Below, one piece after another: positions 30,881-40,169 of a stretch of 64,000 bases of DNA. Every line of letters begins with the position of its first letter. Positions within the stretch are counted from its first letter, which is position 1. Below the pieces are notes generated by a model. It made no database searches. It had not been told where the DNA came from and saw only the letters and a program-made list of their open reading frames with translations. The stretch comes from Mucilaginibacter sp. GTDB lineage: Bacteria > Bacteroidota > Bacteroidia > Sphingobacteriales > Sphingobacteriaceae. Both the position numbers and the translations under genes were made by a program. The DNA is taken from contig NZ_JBAZRC010000006.1 of NCBI RefSeq assembly GCF_041663085.1, forward strand, positions 4,586 through 68,585, in the 5' to 3' direction.

Positions 30881-31900
30881 CTATCTGTACTCCACTTCCA
30901 CATCATCCGTCAAAGCATGGCCGGTACAGGTTAAGATCCAGCCTTTGGCGATATCCTCATCGGTTAATACTTCGTTTTTGGCCATCTCTACCTTGCCGGT
31001 TTTACAAAAGGCAACACAGGCCGAGCAAATGCCACTACGGCAACTATAAGGTAGCTGAATGTTATTCTGCAAGGCGGCCTGCAATATGGATTGGTTCTCT
31101 CCCGCAGCAATATCATGCAGCTCGTTATTAAAATTAATGCGGATATTTTTTGGCGGATAATTAGTTTGACTGCCCGTAACCGGTACGGTCTCCAGCACAA
31201 AGTTTTCCTTGTGGATCTGTTGCGCATCAATCCCCATGTAAAGCAATGTAAGCCTGATCATTCGCATATACACAAATGGGCCGCACAGATAAAATTCGGC
31301 TTTATCTTTGGAAAATGACAGCTGCTCGTTCACCAGTTGCTCTACTTGGATATTGGTTAGCCTGTTGGCCTCACTACTTAGCAGGTGGGTAATAGTAAAC
31401 CTGTCGGGATAGCCTGCCAGTAGCTCATTTAGTTCGTTATTAAACAATACCGATTCGGGGCTTTGGCTGCTGTATATCAAATGCAGCTTGCTCTCGCCGG
31501 GGCGGTTCAGGATGTATTTGAGTTGGGAGAAAACTGGTGTGATACCACTCCCGGCAGCAAAAAATAAAATGTCTTTTGGTGTTGCATACTCTTTTACTGT
31601 AAATACCCCGGCAGGCTCAACAACGTTCAGCACATCGCCTACATTAACTTTGGTGAGCAGGAACCGCGAGATCTCGCCATTGCTGATCCGTTTTACCGTA
31701 ATAGCCATACGCTCATCATCCGGCGATGAACTTAACGAGTAAGAACGGCGTACCTCCTGGTTATGGTGGTTAAACACCAACGTAATAAATTGCCCTGCTT
31801 TATAAGGCACCGTACTGCCAACCGCCCTAACCAGGTAAAAAGTAGCCGTATCCGGCGATTCCCATTTAATTCCGTCAACCCGTAATTGAAGCATGCGCAA
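30881..31900 (-). CDS. ferredoxin-NAD(P) reductase-type flavoprotein fused to plant-type 2Fe-2S ferredoxin
   Basis: FAD motif 'RSYSLSS', NAD motif 'AAGSGITP', and C-terminal cluster ligands 'CRSGICSACV...C'. Confidence 0.85.
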   Translation of the reverse strand: MRMLQLRVDGIKWESPDTATFYLVRAVGSTVPYKAGQFITLVFNHHNQEVRRSYSLSSSPDDERMAITVKRISNGEISRFLLTKVNVGDVLNVVEPAGVFTVKEYATPKDILFFAAGSGITPVFSQLKYILNRPGESKLHLIYSSQSPESVLFNNELNELLAGYPDRFTITHLLSSEANRLTNIQVEQLVNEQLSFSKDKAEFYLCGPFVYMRMIRLTLLYMGIDAQQIHKENFVLETVPVTGSQTNYPPKNIRINFNNELHDIAAGENQSILQAALQNNIQLPYSCRSGICSACVAFCKTGKVEMAKNEVLTDEDIAKGWILTCTGHALTDDVEVEYR

Positions 31901-31902
31901 AT

Positions 31903-33351
31903 TTACTCTTTCGCCATCCTTTTTCTTAATACACTATTCTTTTTACCGTAGGTATAATAGATGACTAAGCCAATGGCTAACCATATGATCAGCCTTAACC
32001 AGGTATCGCCCGGTAAAAATGTCATCATGGCAAAGCAGGTTAATATCCCTAATATAGGCACCAAAGGCACAAACGGTGTTTTAAACGGCCGGTGTACATC
32101 GGGCTGCTGTTTGCGTAAAATAAGTACGCTCGCGCATACCATCACAAAGGCAAGCAGGGTGCCAATGCTGGTCATTTCGCCTACTACCTTTATGGGTACA
32201 AATGCCGCAAAAATAGCGATGAACGCACAAAGCAGGATGTTCGATTTCCATGGTGTGCGGAATTTGCTGTGCACTTCAGAGAATACTTTTGGCAACAACC
32301 CATCTTTAGACATGGAGAAAAATACCCGTGACTGGCCCAGCAGATCAACCAATATAACCGAGGTATAACCTATCAATATAGCCAGTACAATGGCCTTGCT
32401 TAACCACTGGTAATGTGTTTTTTCTATAGCGATGGCAACCGGTGCTCCCGAGCCAATGAACTCTTTATAATTAGCCATCCCCGTCATCACATGCGCGAAG
32501 ATCACAAACAGGATGGTACATACCACCAGCGAACCGATAATCCCGATAGGCATATTACGCTGCGGGTTCTTGGCCTCCTGAGCAGCGGTTGATACGGCAT
32601 CAAAACCGATAAAAACAAAGAATACCAAACCGGCGCCACGCAGTATGCCCGACCAGCCATAATCGCCCCAAACGCCTGTGTTTTGCGGAATGTAAGGATG
32701 ATAGTTTGCCGGGTTAATGAACGACCAGCCCACCGCGATGAACACCAGCACCACGCCAACTTTTAAACTTACAATGATGGCATTGATGAGCGCCGAGCCT
32801 TTTGTACCCCTAATGATAACGCTGGTAACCAGCACCACAATTAAAGCGGCAGGCAGGTTCATAATGCCACGCACCACATCGCCATTGGCTGCCTTTGAGG
32901 TTTCAAACGGCGACAGGATAAGCTGCGGAGGCAGGTATAGATCAAACCACGAAAGAAACTTGGTGAGGTATTGCGACCAGCTAATGGCCACAGTGGCAGC
33001 ACCAACTGCATATTCCAGCATCAGGTCCCACCCTATTATCCAGGCAAAAAGCTCGCCCATGGTTGCGTATGAGTAGGTGTAGGCACTACCCGCCACAGGT
33101 ATCATGGCCGAAAACTCGGCATAACACAAGGCTGCAAATGTACAGCCCAAAGCGGCTATTAAAAATGATATGGTTACCGCCGGGCCGGAATGCTGGCCTG
33201 CGGCGATGCCGGTTAATGAGAATAAGCCCGCGCCAATAATAATGCCTATACCAATAAGGATAAGGTTAACCGGGCCAAGCGAACGTTTTAATGAGTGCTC
33301 CCCTTCTTCTTTCGACTCCCGGAGCAATAGCTCGATAGGTTTTTTGATCAT
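31903..33351 (-). CDS. amino acid permease (APC/CAT-like)
   Basis: 'GIGIIIGAGLF', 'AELSAMIPVAGSAYTYSY'-like segment 'AEFSAMIPVAGSAYTYSY', and 12-14 TM segments. Confidence 0.9.
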   Translation of the reverse strand: MIKKPIELLLRESKEEGEHSLKRSLGPVNLILIGIGIIIGAGLFSLTGIAAGQHSGPAVTISFLIAALGCTFAALCYAEFSAMIPVAGSAYTYSYATMGELFAWIIGWDLMLEYAVGAATVAISWSQYLTKFLSWFDLYLPPQLILSPFETSKAANGDVVRGIMNLPAALIVVLVTSVIIRGTKGSALINAIIVSLKVGVVLVFIAVGWSFINPANYHPYIPQNTGVWGDYGWSGILRGAGLVFFVFIGFDAVSTAAQEAKNPQRNMPIGIIGSLVVCTILFVIFAHVMTGMANYKEFIGSGAPVAIAIEKTHYQWLSKAIVLAILIGYTSVILVDLLGQSRVFFSMSKDGLLPKVFSEVHSKFRTPWKSNILLCAFIAIFAAFVPIKVVGEMTSIGTLLAFVMVCASVLILRKQQPDVHRPFKTPFVPLVPILGILTCFAMMTFLPGDTWLRLIIWLAIGLVIYYTYGKKNSVLRKRMAKE

Positions 33352-33453
33352 ACTACAATTAAGCCTACAAAATTAGTAGATTATTTTTGAAAGCCTAATG
33401 AATACTGATTGCAAGGGAGAAACGTGAGGGTTTTATGACTATCTACCATGGCC

Positions 33454-33566
33454 GTCGCTCGGCTCCCGCCGAGTGACCGTTATTATACGGCGTCCCGCCG
33501 CAGTCATAAATTAATTTGGCGGCCGGAGGCCTTATCATAATCATCACTCGGCAGGAGCCGAGCGAT
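33454..33566. repeat. palindromic REP-like element (family 'cgctcggctcccgccgagtg')
   Basis: 'gtcgctcggctcccgccgagtgac' and 'tcactcggcaggagccgagcgat' are inverted complements about 65 nt apart. Confidence 0.7.
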
Positions 33567-33581
33567 TGCAAAAGATTTAAT

Positions 33582-34577
33582 CTACAACGCTATCACAATC
33601 TTCCCAAACTGTTTAGCCGCTCCCATCTTATCAAAAGCCTTTTTAGCATCTGTCAGCGGGAAAACCTCGTCAACCACAGGCACTATTTGGTGCAGATTAA
33701 CAAAGGCAAGCATGGCTTTAAAATCATCCTGCGTACCCATGGTTGTACCCAATATCTGCAGTTGTTTCCAAAAGATAGGCCTTGCGTTCAGCTCGGGGAT
33801 ATTACCTGCTGTGCCACCAAAAAACACGATGCGGCCACCGGGGTTACAAATATCCGGGATCCTGGCAAAATCAGGCCCAAGGGCGCTATCCACCACAATA
33901 TCAAAACCACCGCCGCTAAAGTGTTTCAGCTCCTGCGCCCAATCCTGCGCTTTGTAGTTTACACCGGCGCAAGCCCCAAGTTGTTTAGCCCGGTCTATCT
34001 TTTCGCCCGTGCCCGATGTTACAAAAACCTGCGCCCCGGCGGCTACTGCAAACTGTAAGGTGAACGATCCGGTACCTGCACCAACACCAACCACTAATAC
34101 CTTGTCGCCTTTTTTGATATGCGCTTTGGTGAACAATGCCCGGTATGCCGTAAGCCCCGCCAAAGGCAATGCCGCTGCCTGTTCCCAGTTTAAATGGGGC
34201 GGTTTTGGGTAAAGGTATTCGGCTTTTACCAATACATATTCGGCCATAGTGCCATCCTCGGGCAGCCCTAATATTTTAAACTCTTTTGATTGAAACTCCG
34301 GGTGCTCGCCCCAGTTATGCGATGGGTTAATGATCACTTCTTTGTTGAGCCAGTCGCCTGCGCCTTCACCAGCTTCGGCAACAATGCCTGAGCCATCGGC
34401 ACCAAGGATGGTTGGGTATTTGATACCGGCGTACTTGCCCTGGGTTATCCACCAGTCGCGGCGGTTTAGGGCTGCTGCCTTTATCTGTACCAGTACCTCG
34501 CCCGGGCCGGGTGTGGGTTTGGCAACATCTTTTATAACCAAAGGGTTTTCTGCGGATTCAAGGACGATGGCTTTCAT
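33582..34577 (-). CDS. NADPH:quinone reductase-like zinc-type dehydrogenase
   Basis: MDR pattern 'GEVLVQIKAAALNRRD' and Rossmann segment 'VLVVGVGAGTGSFTLQFA'. Confidence 0.85.
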   Translation of the reverse strand: MKAIVLESAENPLVIKDVAKPTPGPGEVLVQIKAAALNRRDWWITQGKYAGIKYPTILGADGSGIVAEAGEGAGDWLNKEVIINPSHNWGEHPEFQSKEFKILGLPEDGTMAEYVLVKAEYLYPKPPHLNWEQAAALPLAGLTAYRALFTKAHIKKGDKVLVVGVGAGTGSFTLQFAVAAGAQVFVTSGTGEKIDRAKQLGACAGVNYKAQDWAQELKHFSGGGFDIVVDSALGPDFARIPDICNPGGRIVFFGGTAGNIPELNARPIFWKQLQILGTTMGTQDDFKAMLAFVNLHQIVPVVDEVFPLTDAKKAFDKMGAAKQFGKIVIAL

Positions 34578-34600
34578 GGTGTAATGTTCTAAACCACCAT

Positions 34601-34694
34601 GTCATTGCGAGGAGCGTAGCTACGCGGCAACCTCGTAGCCAATGCATGAACGTATAGCATGCGACGAGATTGCCGCGCTATCGCTCGCAATGAC
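34601..34694. repeat. palindromic element, 'gtcattgcgag...ctcgcaatgac' family (divergent copy)
   Basis: Termini 'gtcattgcgaggagcg' and 'cgctcgcaatgac' are inverted complements. Confidence 0.8.
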
Positions 34695-34776
34695 ACAGTA
34701 GTAATGGTAATTGTAAAAATAAAAAAAGCGACAGATAATTATCTGCCGCTTTTAAAATATATAATGCCTGCTTAAA

Positions 34777-35388
34777 TTAAGCGATAGCTTTTGTATACAA
34801 TTCTGAAACGTGGTTCCAGTTGATAACATTCCAGATAGCAGCCAGGTAATCAGGGCGGCGGTTCTGGTATTTTAAGTAGTAAGCGTGCTCCCACACATCA
34901 ATACCTAAAACCGGGGTGCCTTTTACTTCGGCAATATCCATTAAAGGGTTATCCTGGTTTGGGGTTGATGTAATAGCCAGTTTTTTATCGGCAGTAACAA
35001 TAAGCCAGGCCCAGCCTGATCCAAAGCGGGTTGCACCAGCTTCAGATACTTTGGTTTTAAAATCGGCGAATGAACCGAAAGTGCTTTTAATAGCATCGGC
35101 TAACGCACCTGTAGGCTCGCCACCACCGTTTGGTGATAACAGCGTCCAGAATAATGAGTGGTTATAGTGGCCACCACCATTGTTACGTACAGCAGGCGGA
35201 AACTTTGAGATATTTTTGATGATGTCTTCAATTTTACCATCAGCCTCTGGTTTACCTTCTAAAGCTTTGTTAAGGTTGGTAACATAAGCCTGGTGGTGCT
35301 TACCATGGTGAATTTCCATAGTAAGTTTATCAATGTGTGGTTCCAGAGCATCGGTAGCGTAAGATAACGCCGGTAGTGTAAATGCCAT
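34777..35388 (-). CDS. Fe/Mn superoxide dismutase
   Basis: '[10 protein letters not shown]' and '[17 protein letters not shown]'. Confidence 0.95.
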   Translation of the reverse strand: MAFTLPALSYATDALEPHIDKLTMEIHHGKHHQAYVTNLNKALEGKPEADGKIEDIIKNISKFPPAVRNNGGGHYNHSLFWTLLSPNGGGEPTGALADAIKSTFGSFADFKTKVSEAGATRFGSGWAWLIVTADKKLAITSTPNQDNPLMDIAEVKGTPVLGIDVWEHAYYLKYQNRRPDYLAAIWNVINWNHVSELYTKAIA

Positions 35389-35544
35389 AATATTTAAAAT
35401 TTAAGGTTAAACTGTTTCGTGTGATGTAGCAAATATAAGGGTTGAAGCAGGTAATTGTTCTATATGAATGTCAAGTTTTTGTTAAGGGGATAGTTCATTG
35501 TTGATAGTTCATGGTAGTTTCGTCTATGAACTATTAACCATCTG

Positions 35545-36018
35545 CTATTTTCTCTTCCCTTTAAAAAAGTCCTTTACCAATTGCGAGCATTCATTCTCAT
35601 TAATGCCGCCGGTTACCAGCGTTTTTGGGTGAGTGATGCTTTGGTTAAGCCTGCCGAAACCGCGTTGGGTATCATAAGCCCCAAAAACTATCCTCCCTAT
35701 CTGGAACCAGTAGCTTGCCCCTGCACACATCACACAAGGCTCCATGGTAACATACAAGGTACACTCGGGCAGGTACTTGCCACCCATTGAGTTTACGGCC
35801 GCGGTAAGCGCCTGCATTTCGGCATGTGCGGTTACATCGTTCAACCGCTCGGTAAGGTTATGGCCACGACCAATGATCTGCCCTTTGCAAACCACAACGG
35901 CGCCAATGGGTATCTCATCCTCTTTCAGTGCCTGGCGGGCTTCTTTAAGGGCCTCGTTCATGAAAAACTCGTCGGGAGAGATGGCGGGCTGTTCATCGCC
36001 AAAAGTTATATATCGCAT
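35545..36018 (-). CDS. tadA: tRNA adenosine(34) deaminase
   Basis: CDA zinc motifs 'HAEMQAL' and 'PCVMCAGA'. The size is about 150 aa. Confidence 0.9.
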   Translation of the reverse strand: MRYITFGDEQPAISPDEFFMNEALKEARQALKEDEIPIGAVVVCKGQIIGRGHNLTERLNDVTAHAEMQALTAAVNSMGGKYLPECTLYVTMEPCVMCAGASYWFQIGRIVFGAYDTQRGFGRLNQSITHPKTLVTGGINENECSQLVKDFFKGKRK

Positions 36019-36392
36019 CAGGTGGTTTGGTCAAATGTGTTTTTTAAATGCTTTTCGGTTACCCTAAAAAGTATAATTACTGTGGCAAAAGCACCTACAA
36101 GCATTAAAACAATTTTAGTAAGGGTACGTGCTTCGGGGCTTATCGGTAACAGCATAAATAATGCTGTAATAATTATGCCCGTTATCACCAGCACCCATCC
36201 GCATTTGATAATAAGTGCGGTAGAGTAGCGGTTGCCTTCGTCCCAGTTTTGCTGGTTTTTCATTGATAGCGTGGTGCGATAACCATAAAGACTGTTGATC
36301 TCTTTTGGCGGATAGCGCTTTTGTATAAGCCCCGCCAGCAGGAATATTACACCTATCAGGTGTGGGCCAACTATCCAGTTTGCAAATATCAT
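36018..36392 (-). CDS. SdpI/YhfL-family membrane protein
   Basis: 4 TM segments and the motif '[24 protein letters not shown]'. Confidence 0.6.
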   Translation of the reverse strand: MIFANWIVGPHLIGVIFLLAGLIQKRYPPKEINSLYGYRTTLSMKNQQNWDEGNRYSTALIIKCGWVLVITGIIITALFMLLPISPEARTLTKIVLMLVGAFATVIILFRVTEKHLKNTFDQTT

Positions 36393-36724
36393 ATCAGTTT
36401 GCTGCCATTGGGTACGGGTTTATCTATCGCGGTGAGTACAATATCACCATTTTCGTCGGCAAGACCGGTCACCAAAAACTCCGACATAAATGTAGCTATC
36501 TGTTTCTTCGGGAAGTTTACCACGCCCAGGATCTGTTTGCCCGGCAACTCTTCTTTGGTGTAGTGTTTAGTGATTTGCGCGCTGCTTTGCTTAATGCCCA
36601 GCGGCCCAAAATCAACTTTCAGTTTATACGCAGGCTTACGCGCCTCGGGAAAGTCGGCCACCTCCAGTATAGTACCGGCACGCAGTTCAACCTTTTCAAA
36701 ATCGTTCCAAGTAATGGTTTCCAT
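36389..36724 (-). CDS. tRNA-binding domain protein (CsaA/YgjH-like)
   Basis: '[32 protein letters not shown]' is typical of the EMAP/CsaA tRNA-binding fold. Confidence 0.8.
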   Translation of the reverse strand: METITWNDFEKVELRAGTILEVADFPEARKPAYKLKVDFGPLGIKQSSAQITKHYTKEELPGKQILGVVNFPKKQIATFMSEFLVTGLADENGDIVLTAIDKPVPNGSKLI

Positions 36725-36762
36725 GCGGGCAAAGGTAGGGTGTTGGTTTTAATTATGTTTGT

Positions 36763-36904
36763 GTCCGTCCGTTTTTTTGTGCGGACATGGGTGGACAATT
36801 CTCTCCACGCGTCATTGCGAGGTACGAAGCAATCTCAAGACTATGCATAAACGCCATACATGCGCTACCGTCCATCTGGAGATTGCTTCGTACCTCGCAA
36901 TGAC
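36763..36904. repeat. composite repeat: 'tgtccgtccg..gtgcggacatgggtggaca' hairpin + 'gtcattgcgaggtacgaagcaatctc' palindrome
   Basis: The palindrome at 36811-36904 has perfect arms 'gtcattgcgaggtacgaagcaatctc' and 'gagattgcttcgtacctcgcaatgac'. The adjacent hairpin recurs, inverted, at 43797-43838. Confidence 0.85.
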
Positions 36905-36935
36905 ACTCGGAGAAGGGAAGATCGCCCAAAGCCTA

Positions 36936-37466
36936 CTACTTCCTTATCTTCTTAACCGTTTCTGTTAAATGCGCCAAATGGTGGTTACCGTGCCAGGCGT
37001 ACAGGGCCAGGTTCTTTTTCAAAGGCGTTACACTGCCACTCTCCGGATGGATGAAGGTGCGGTTCCATTGGTCTTCGCTAAAGGTTTCAAAAAGGGCAAC
37101 CATGTGCTGGTGGATGCCGTCGAGCATTTTTAGGGATGGCTCAACGGGCAGGCGGTAATCGGGCTGTATGGCCCAGCCGGCCTCGTCGTATGGTTTTATG
37201 GTTGGGTTATCTTCGGTAATGGCCAGTTTAAAGCGGCAAAGCGAGTTCATGTGGCTGTCGGCAAGGTGGTGTACAACCTGGCGCAGGGTCCAGCCGCCGG
37301 TGCGGTACTGGGTATCCAGCTGCTCGTATGTTAAACCGATAATGGCTTCGCGGATACGGCCCGGCAGGGTGGCTATTTCGTGGATCCAGCGGCGCATATC
37401 ATCTTCCGTGTATGATACCGGCTGTACGAATTTCCCTATCGGGTAGCGCATTTGTTCGTCTGTCAT
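36936..37466 (-). CDS. DinB/YfiT-family metal-dependent hydrolase (bacillithiol-transferase-like)
   Basis: 'MRYPIGKF', 'HHLADSHMN' and 'WHGNHHLAHL' are His-rich DinB motifs. Confidence 0.8.
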   Translation of the reverse strand: MTDEQMRYPIGKFVQPVSYTEDDMRRWIHEIATLPGRIREAIIGLTYEQLDTQYRTGGWTLRQVVHHLADSHMNSLCRFKLAITEDNPTIKPYDEAGWAIQPDYRLPVEPSLKMLDGIHQHMVALFETFSEDQWNRTFIHPESGSVTPLKKNLALYAWHGNHHLAHLTETVKKIRK

Positions 37467-37544
37467 GGTGCTTAAAATGTTAAATTTTATTGTTCCGTAA
37501 GGAATTGGGCTAATTTAGCGTTTTACAGTTATTTTGGTTTACTG

Positions 37545-39371
37545 ATGATTAAAAAGTTACTGCTGATATGCCTGCTGCTTAAATGTACCACAACCTTTGC
37601 CGAAACCATCCGCACGGATGTTTTAGTGGTTGGCGGCGGCGCAGGCGGGGTTGCCGCGGCCATACAAAGCGCCCGCAGCAAAATAAAAACCTTACTGGTT
37701 GAGCAGGGCCCCTGGCTGGGTGGCAGCGCTACCAGCGGCGGCATGTGCATTATGCCCGAGAACCGCAATTTTGCATCGGGCATCTATGCCGAATTCAGGA
37801 ACCATATCCGCGAGTTTTACAAACCCCGTTTAGGGTACGATACCACCCGTAATGCCCCTTTGGTGTTTGAGCCTTCCACCGGTGCATCCATCCTCAAAAA
37901 AATAACCGATACCGTTAAAAACCTTACTGTAAAACTTAACACGCCTTTTACATCCATCAAAAAAGACGGTACCGACTGGGTAGTTACCGTGATGGACAAC
38001 GGCAAACCGCTCATCATCAAAGCAAAAATAGTAGTTGATGCTACCGAGCTGGGCGATGTAGCCGCTGCCAGCGGTGTGCTGCTTACCGCGGGGTTTGATA
38101 GTCGCGATGATACCAAAGAAACCCTTGCGCCCGGGAACGCTACCAACCAGATACAGGACATCAGCTACCTGGCCATCCTGAAAGATTTTGGTAAAGCTGC
38201 CGACCGCACCATTACCAAACCCGAAGGCTATAACGCCACCCTGTACGCCTGCCTGAAGGCTGCCGACGTAAAAAAGTTGCTTGCTGCTGCCGTATTGCCG
38301 AATGATAAATACCTGATAAACTGGGAAAACTGCGGCAACCAATACTCCGTTACCGCCGACGACCTGAAACCCGAGAACCGCGAAGCCACTTTCGCTAAGG
38401 CAAGACTGCGTACGCTGGGGCTCATCTATTACCTGCAAACCGCCCTGGGCTACAAAAACCTTAGCCTTACCGACGATTTTAAAACCACCCACCACCTGCC
38501 GTACCTCCCCTACATCCGCGAGAACCGCCGCGCCGCAGGCATGGTGCGCATGGTGCTTGATGATATTTACACCCCCTACAACCGCCAAAGCAAACTGTAC
38601 CGCACCAGTATTGGCGTGGCCGATGCACTGCCCGGGCAGCATTACAGCGTAGCCGGTGTGCCGCATATTGCCTACCCGCCCTTCCCGGCGTTTAGTGTGC
38701 CGCTGGGTGCCGTGGTGGCTAAAGACCAGGAGAACCTGCTGGTTTTAGAAAAAGCCCTTTCGGTAACGCATTTGGTGAATGGCGCTGTTACCAGCCCCGC
38801 CGTACAAATGACCATTGGGCAGGGGGCAGGGGCTGCCGCGGCCTTCTGCATATTTTTTAAGCGCACTACTAAACAGCTTGATGTGCGCACCATACAGGGC
38901 GAGATACTGGACCATAAAGGCAGCCTGCTGCCCTTTGCCGATATCCCCCAAACCGACCGCCACTTCCGCGCTATACAGCAGGTGGCCGCTACAGGTATGC
39001 TGCAAGGCATACAAAAACCCGACGGCCAGACAGCGCAGGTATTGTTTATGCCCGATAGCGCCATCCGTACAGCCGAGGTGCAGCCGCTTCTTACCGAGCT
39101 GTACTCGCGGGCCTTTATATGGTTTGGTAAAGAAAAACCGGGCGATGCCTTTACCCTGGGCAACCTGCTCAGCTACATCAGCGAAATTACCCTGCGCGAC
39201 CCAACCGAACTACAGGAAGCCACCCGCCGTACATGGAAAACGTATTACCACTTTAACACCCCCTTTAACCCCAAACGCCCCGCCACACGCCGCGAGTTTG
39301 CCGTACTGGCCAACCGCTTTTTTAACCCCTTTGCCCGCACGGTTGATATTACCGGCAAGCTGGTTAATTAG
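37545..39371 (+). CDS. FAD-dependent oxidoreductase, secreted
   Basis: Signal peptide followed by the dinucleotide-binding 'VLVVGGGAGGVAAA'. 608 aa. Confidence 0.8.
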   Translation: MIKKLLLICLLLKCTTTFAETIRTDVLVVGGGAGGVAAAIQSARSKIKTLLVEQGPWLGGSATSGGMCIMPENRNFASGIYAEFRNHIREFYKPRLGYDTTRNAPLVFEPSTGASILKKITDTVKNLTVKLNTPFTSIKKDGTDWVVTVMDNGKPLIIKAKIVVDATELGDVAAASGVLLTAGFDSRDDTKETLAPGNATNQIQDISYLAILKDFGKAADRTITKPEGYNATLYACLKAADVKKLLAAAVLPNDKYLINWENCGNQYSVTADDLKPENREATFAKARLRTLGLIYYLQTALGYKNLSLTDDFKTTHHLPYLPYIRENRRAAGMVRMVLDDIYTPYNRQSKLYRTSIGVADALPGQHYSVAGVPHIAYPPFPAFSVPLGAVVAKDQENLLVLEKALSVTHLVNGAVTSPAVQMTIGQGAGAAAAFCIFFKRTTKQLDVRTIQGEILDHKGSLLPFADIPQTDRHFRAIQQVAATGMLQGIQKPDGQTAQVLFMPDSAIRTAEVQPLLTELYSRAFIWFGKEKPGDAFTLGNLLSYISEITLRDPTELQEATRRTWKTYYHFNTPFNPKRPATRREFAVLANRFFNPFARTVDITGKLVN

Positions 39372-39397
39372 GTGTTGGTGAGTGGTTACACAATTCA

Positions 39398-39520
39398 ATT
39401 CCCTCCCCACGGGAGGGTTAGGGAGGGGTTTATGCAACATGCTTCACGTATAAACCCCTCCCTGCCACAACACATTACCATCGCACCCCTCCCCAGGGAG
39501 GGAATTTAGCTGCCCCATCA
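39398..39520 (+). repeat. three-hairpin G/C-tract composite repeat (copy 1)
   Basis: Three hairpins: 'attCCCTCCCCacGGGAGGG', 'GGGAGGGGTTTA..loop..TAAACCCCTCCC', 'CCCCTCCCcaGGGAGGG'. The stems match 44852-44973 in the same orientation, while the loops differ. Confidence 0.8.
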
Positions 39521-39534
39521 TATTATGGGTTTGG

Positions 39535-39615
39535 TTCCCCTTTTGAGAGGGGTTAGGGGTGTGTTTGCCGATGTGCAAAATACCCGCCCTGTAATGGTGA
39601 GCCTGTTGAACCACC
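39535..39615 (-). repeat. composite repeat ('cccctctcaaRagggg/ttaggggtgtg' + 'ggtgagcctgtYgaacc'), left inverted copy
   Basis: Its reverse complement aligns with 44008-44086. The two conserved blocks match at 27/28 nt ('ttgagaggggttaggggtgtgtt') and 26/28 nt ('cgccctgtWatggtgagcctgtYgaacc'). Confidence 0.8.
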
Positions 39616-40020
39616 TTGTCCCATTTTGGAAACGGGACAGATGGGACAAACGGAACGCATTGATAATGAGCGTATTATTACTGACAATATCTTGTCAGTA
39701 GTTCAATAAAAGCTTTGCGGTTTTGCTTTTAAATACTCATATACAGCATTTTATAAAATTGGCATTTTGTTCCATTTTTTAGAAATGGGACAAAACGGGG
39801 CAGGGCTGAAATTTTGTCCGGCTTTCCCGGGAATAAGCCGGTACAAAGCCAACAAAACAGCATTTTTTTCGCCTTTTTTCGGCCTCAGTTCGGCCTGTTT
39901 AGGCGGCAAGGGTAGCCGTAAATAAAAAGGTATTTTTTATATTAAATTACTGATTTATAGCCAATTAAGAATTTCAGGCTTGTTCCGTTTTTTCCCGAAT
40001 GGAACGAAAATGGAACAGGC
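39616..40020. repeat. three dispersed copies of a roughly 40-nt hairpin + phased GGRACR motif in ORF-free AT-rich spacer
   Basis: Copy A 39616-39657: arms ttgtcccat/atgggacaa, with GGGACA, GGGACA, GGAACG starting 9 nt apart. Copy B 39767-39802: arms ttgttccattt/aaatgggacaa, with GGGACA and GGGGCA 10 nt apart. Copy C 39979-40019: arms gttccgtt/aatggaac, with GGAACG and GGAACA 11 nt apart. Confidence 0.7.
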
Positions 40021-40169
40021 TTTTGTAAGCCGGATGCTCAGATTTATGGAGTGGCTTATGTGGTGTTTAATGCTGCTATCGGGTTAGTGAAATTGGCCTG
40101 TTTTTATGTGCCTGGAAATGATTGTTTACTAAGTAGAAAGGCACGTTTGCGCCAACTGGGAATATTATA

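Noticed and set aside
39729-39863. 44-codon minus-strand ORF (MLFCWLCTGLFPGKPDKISALPRF...) downstream of the fusion gene as a small partner peptide
   Set aside because: It runs through motif copy B and a hairpin, and it has no recognisable family, no evident ribosome-binding context and no supporting feature. There is too little evidence to call it.
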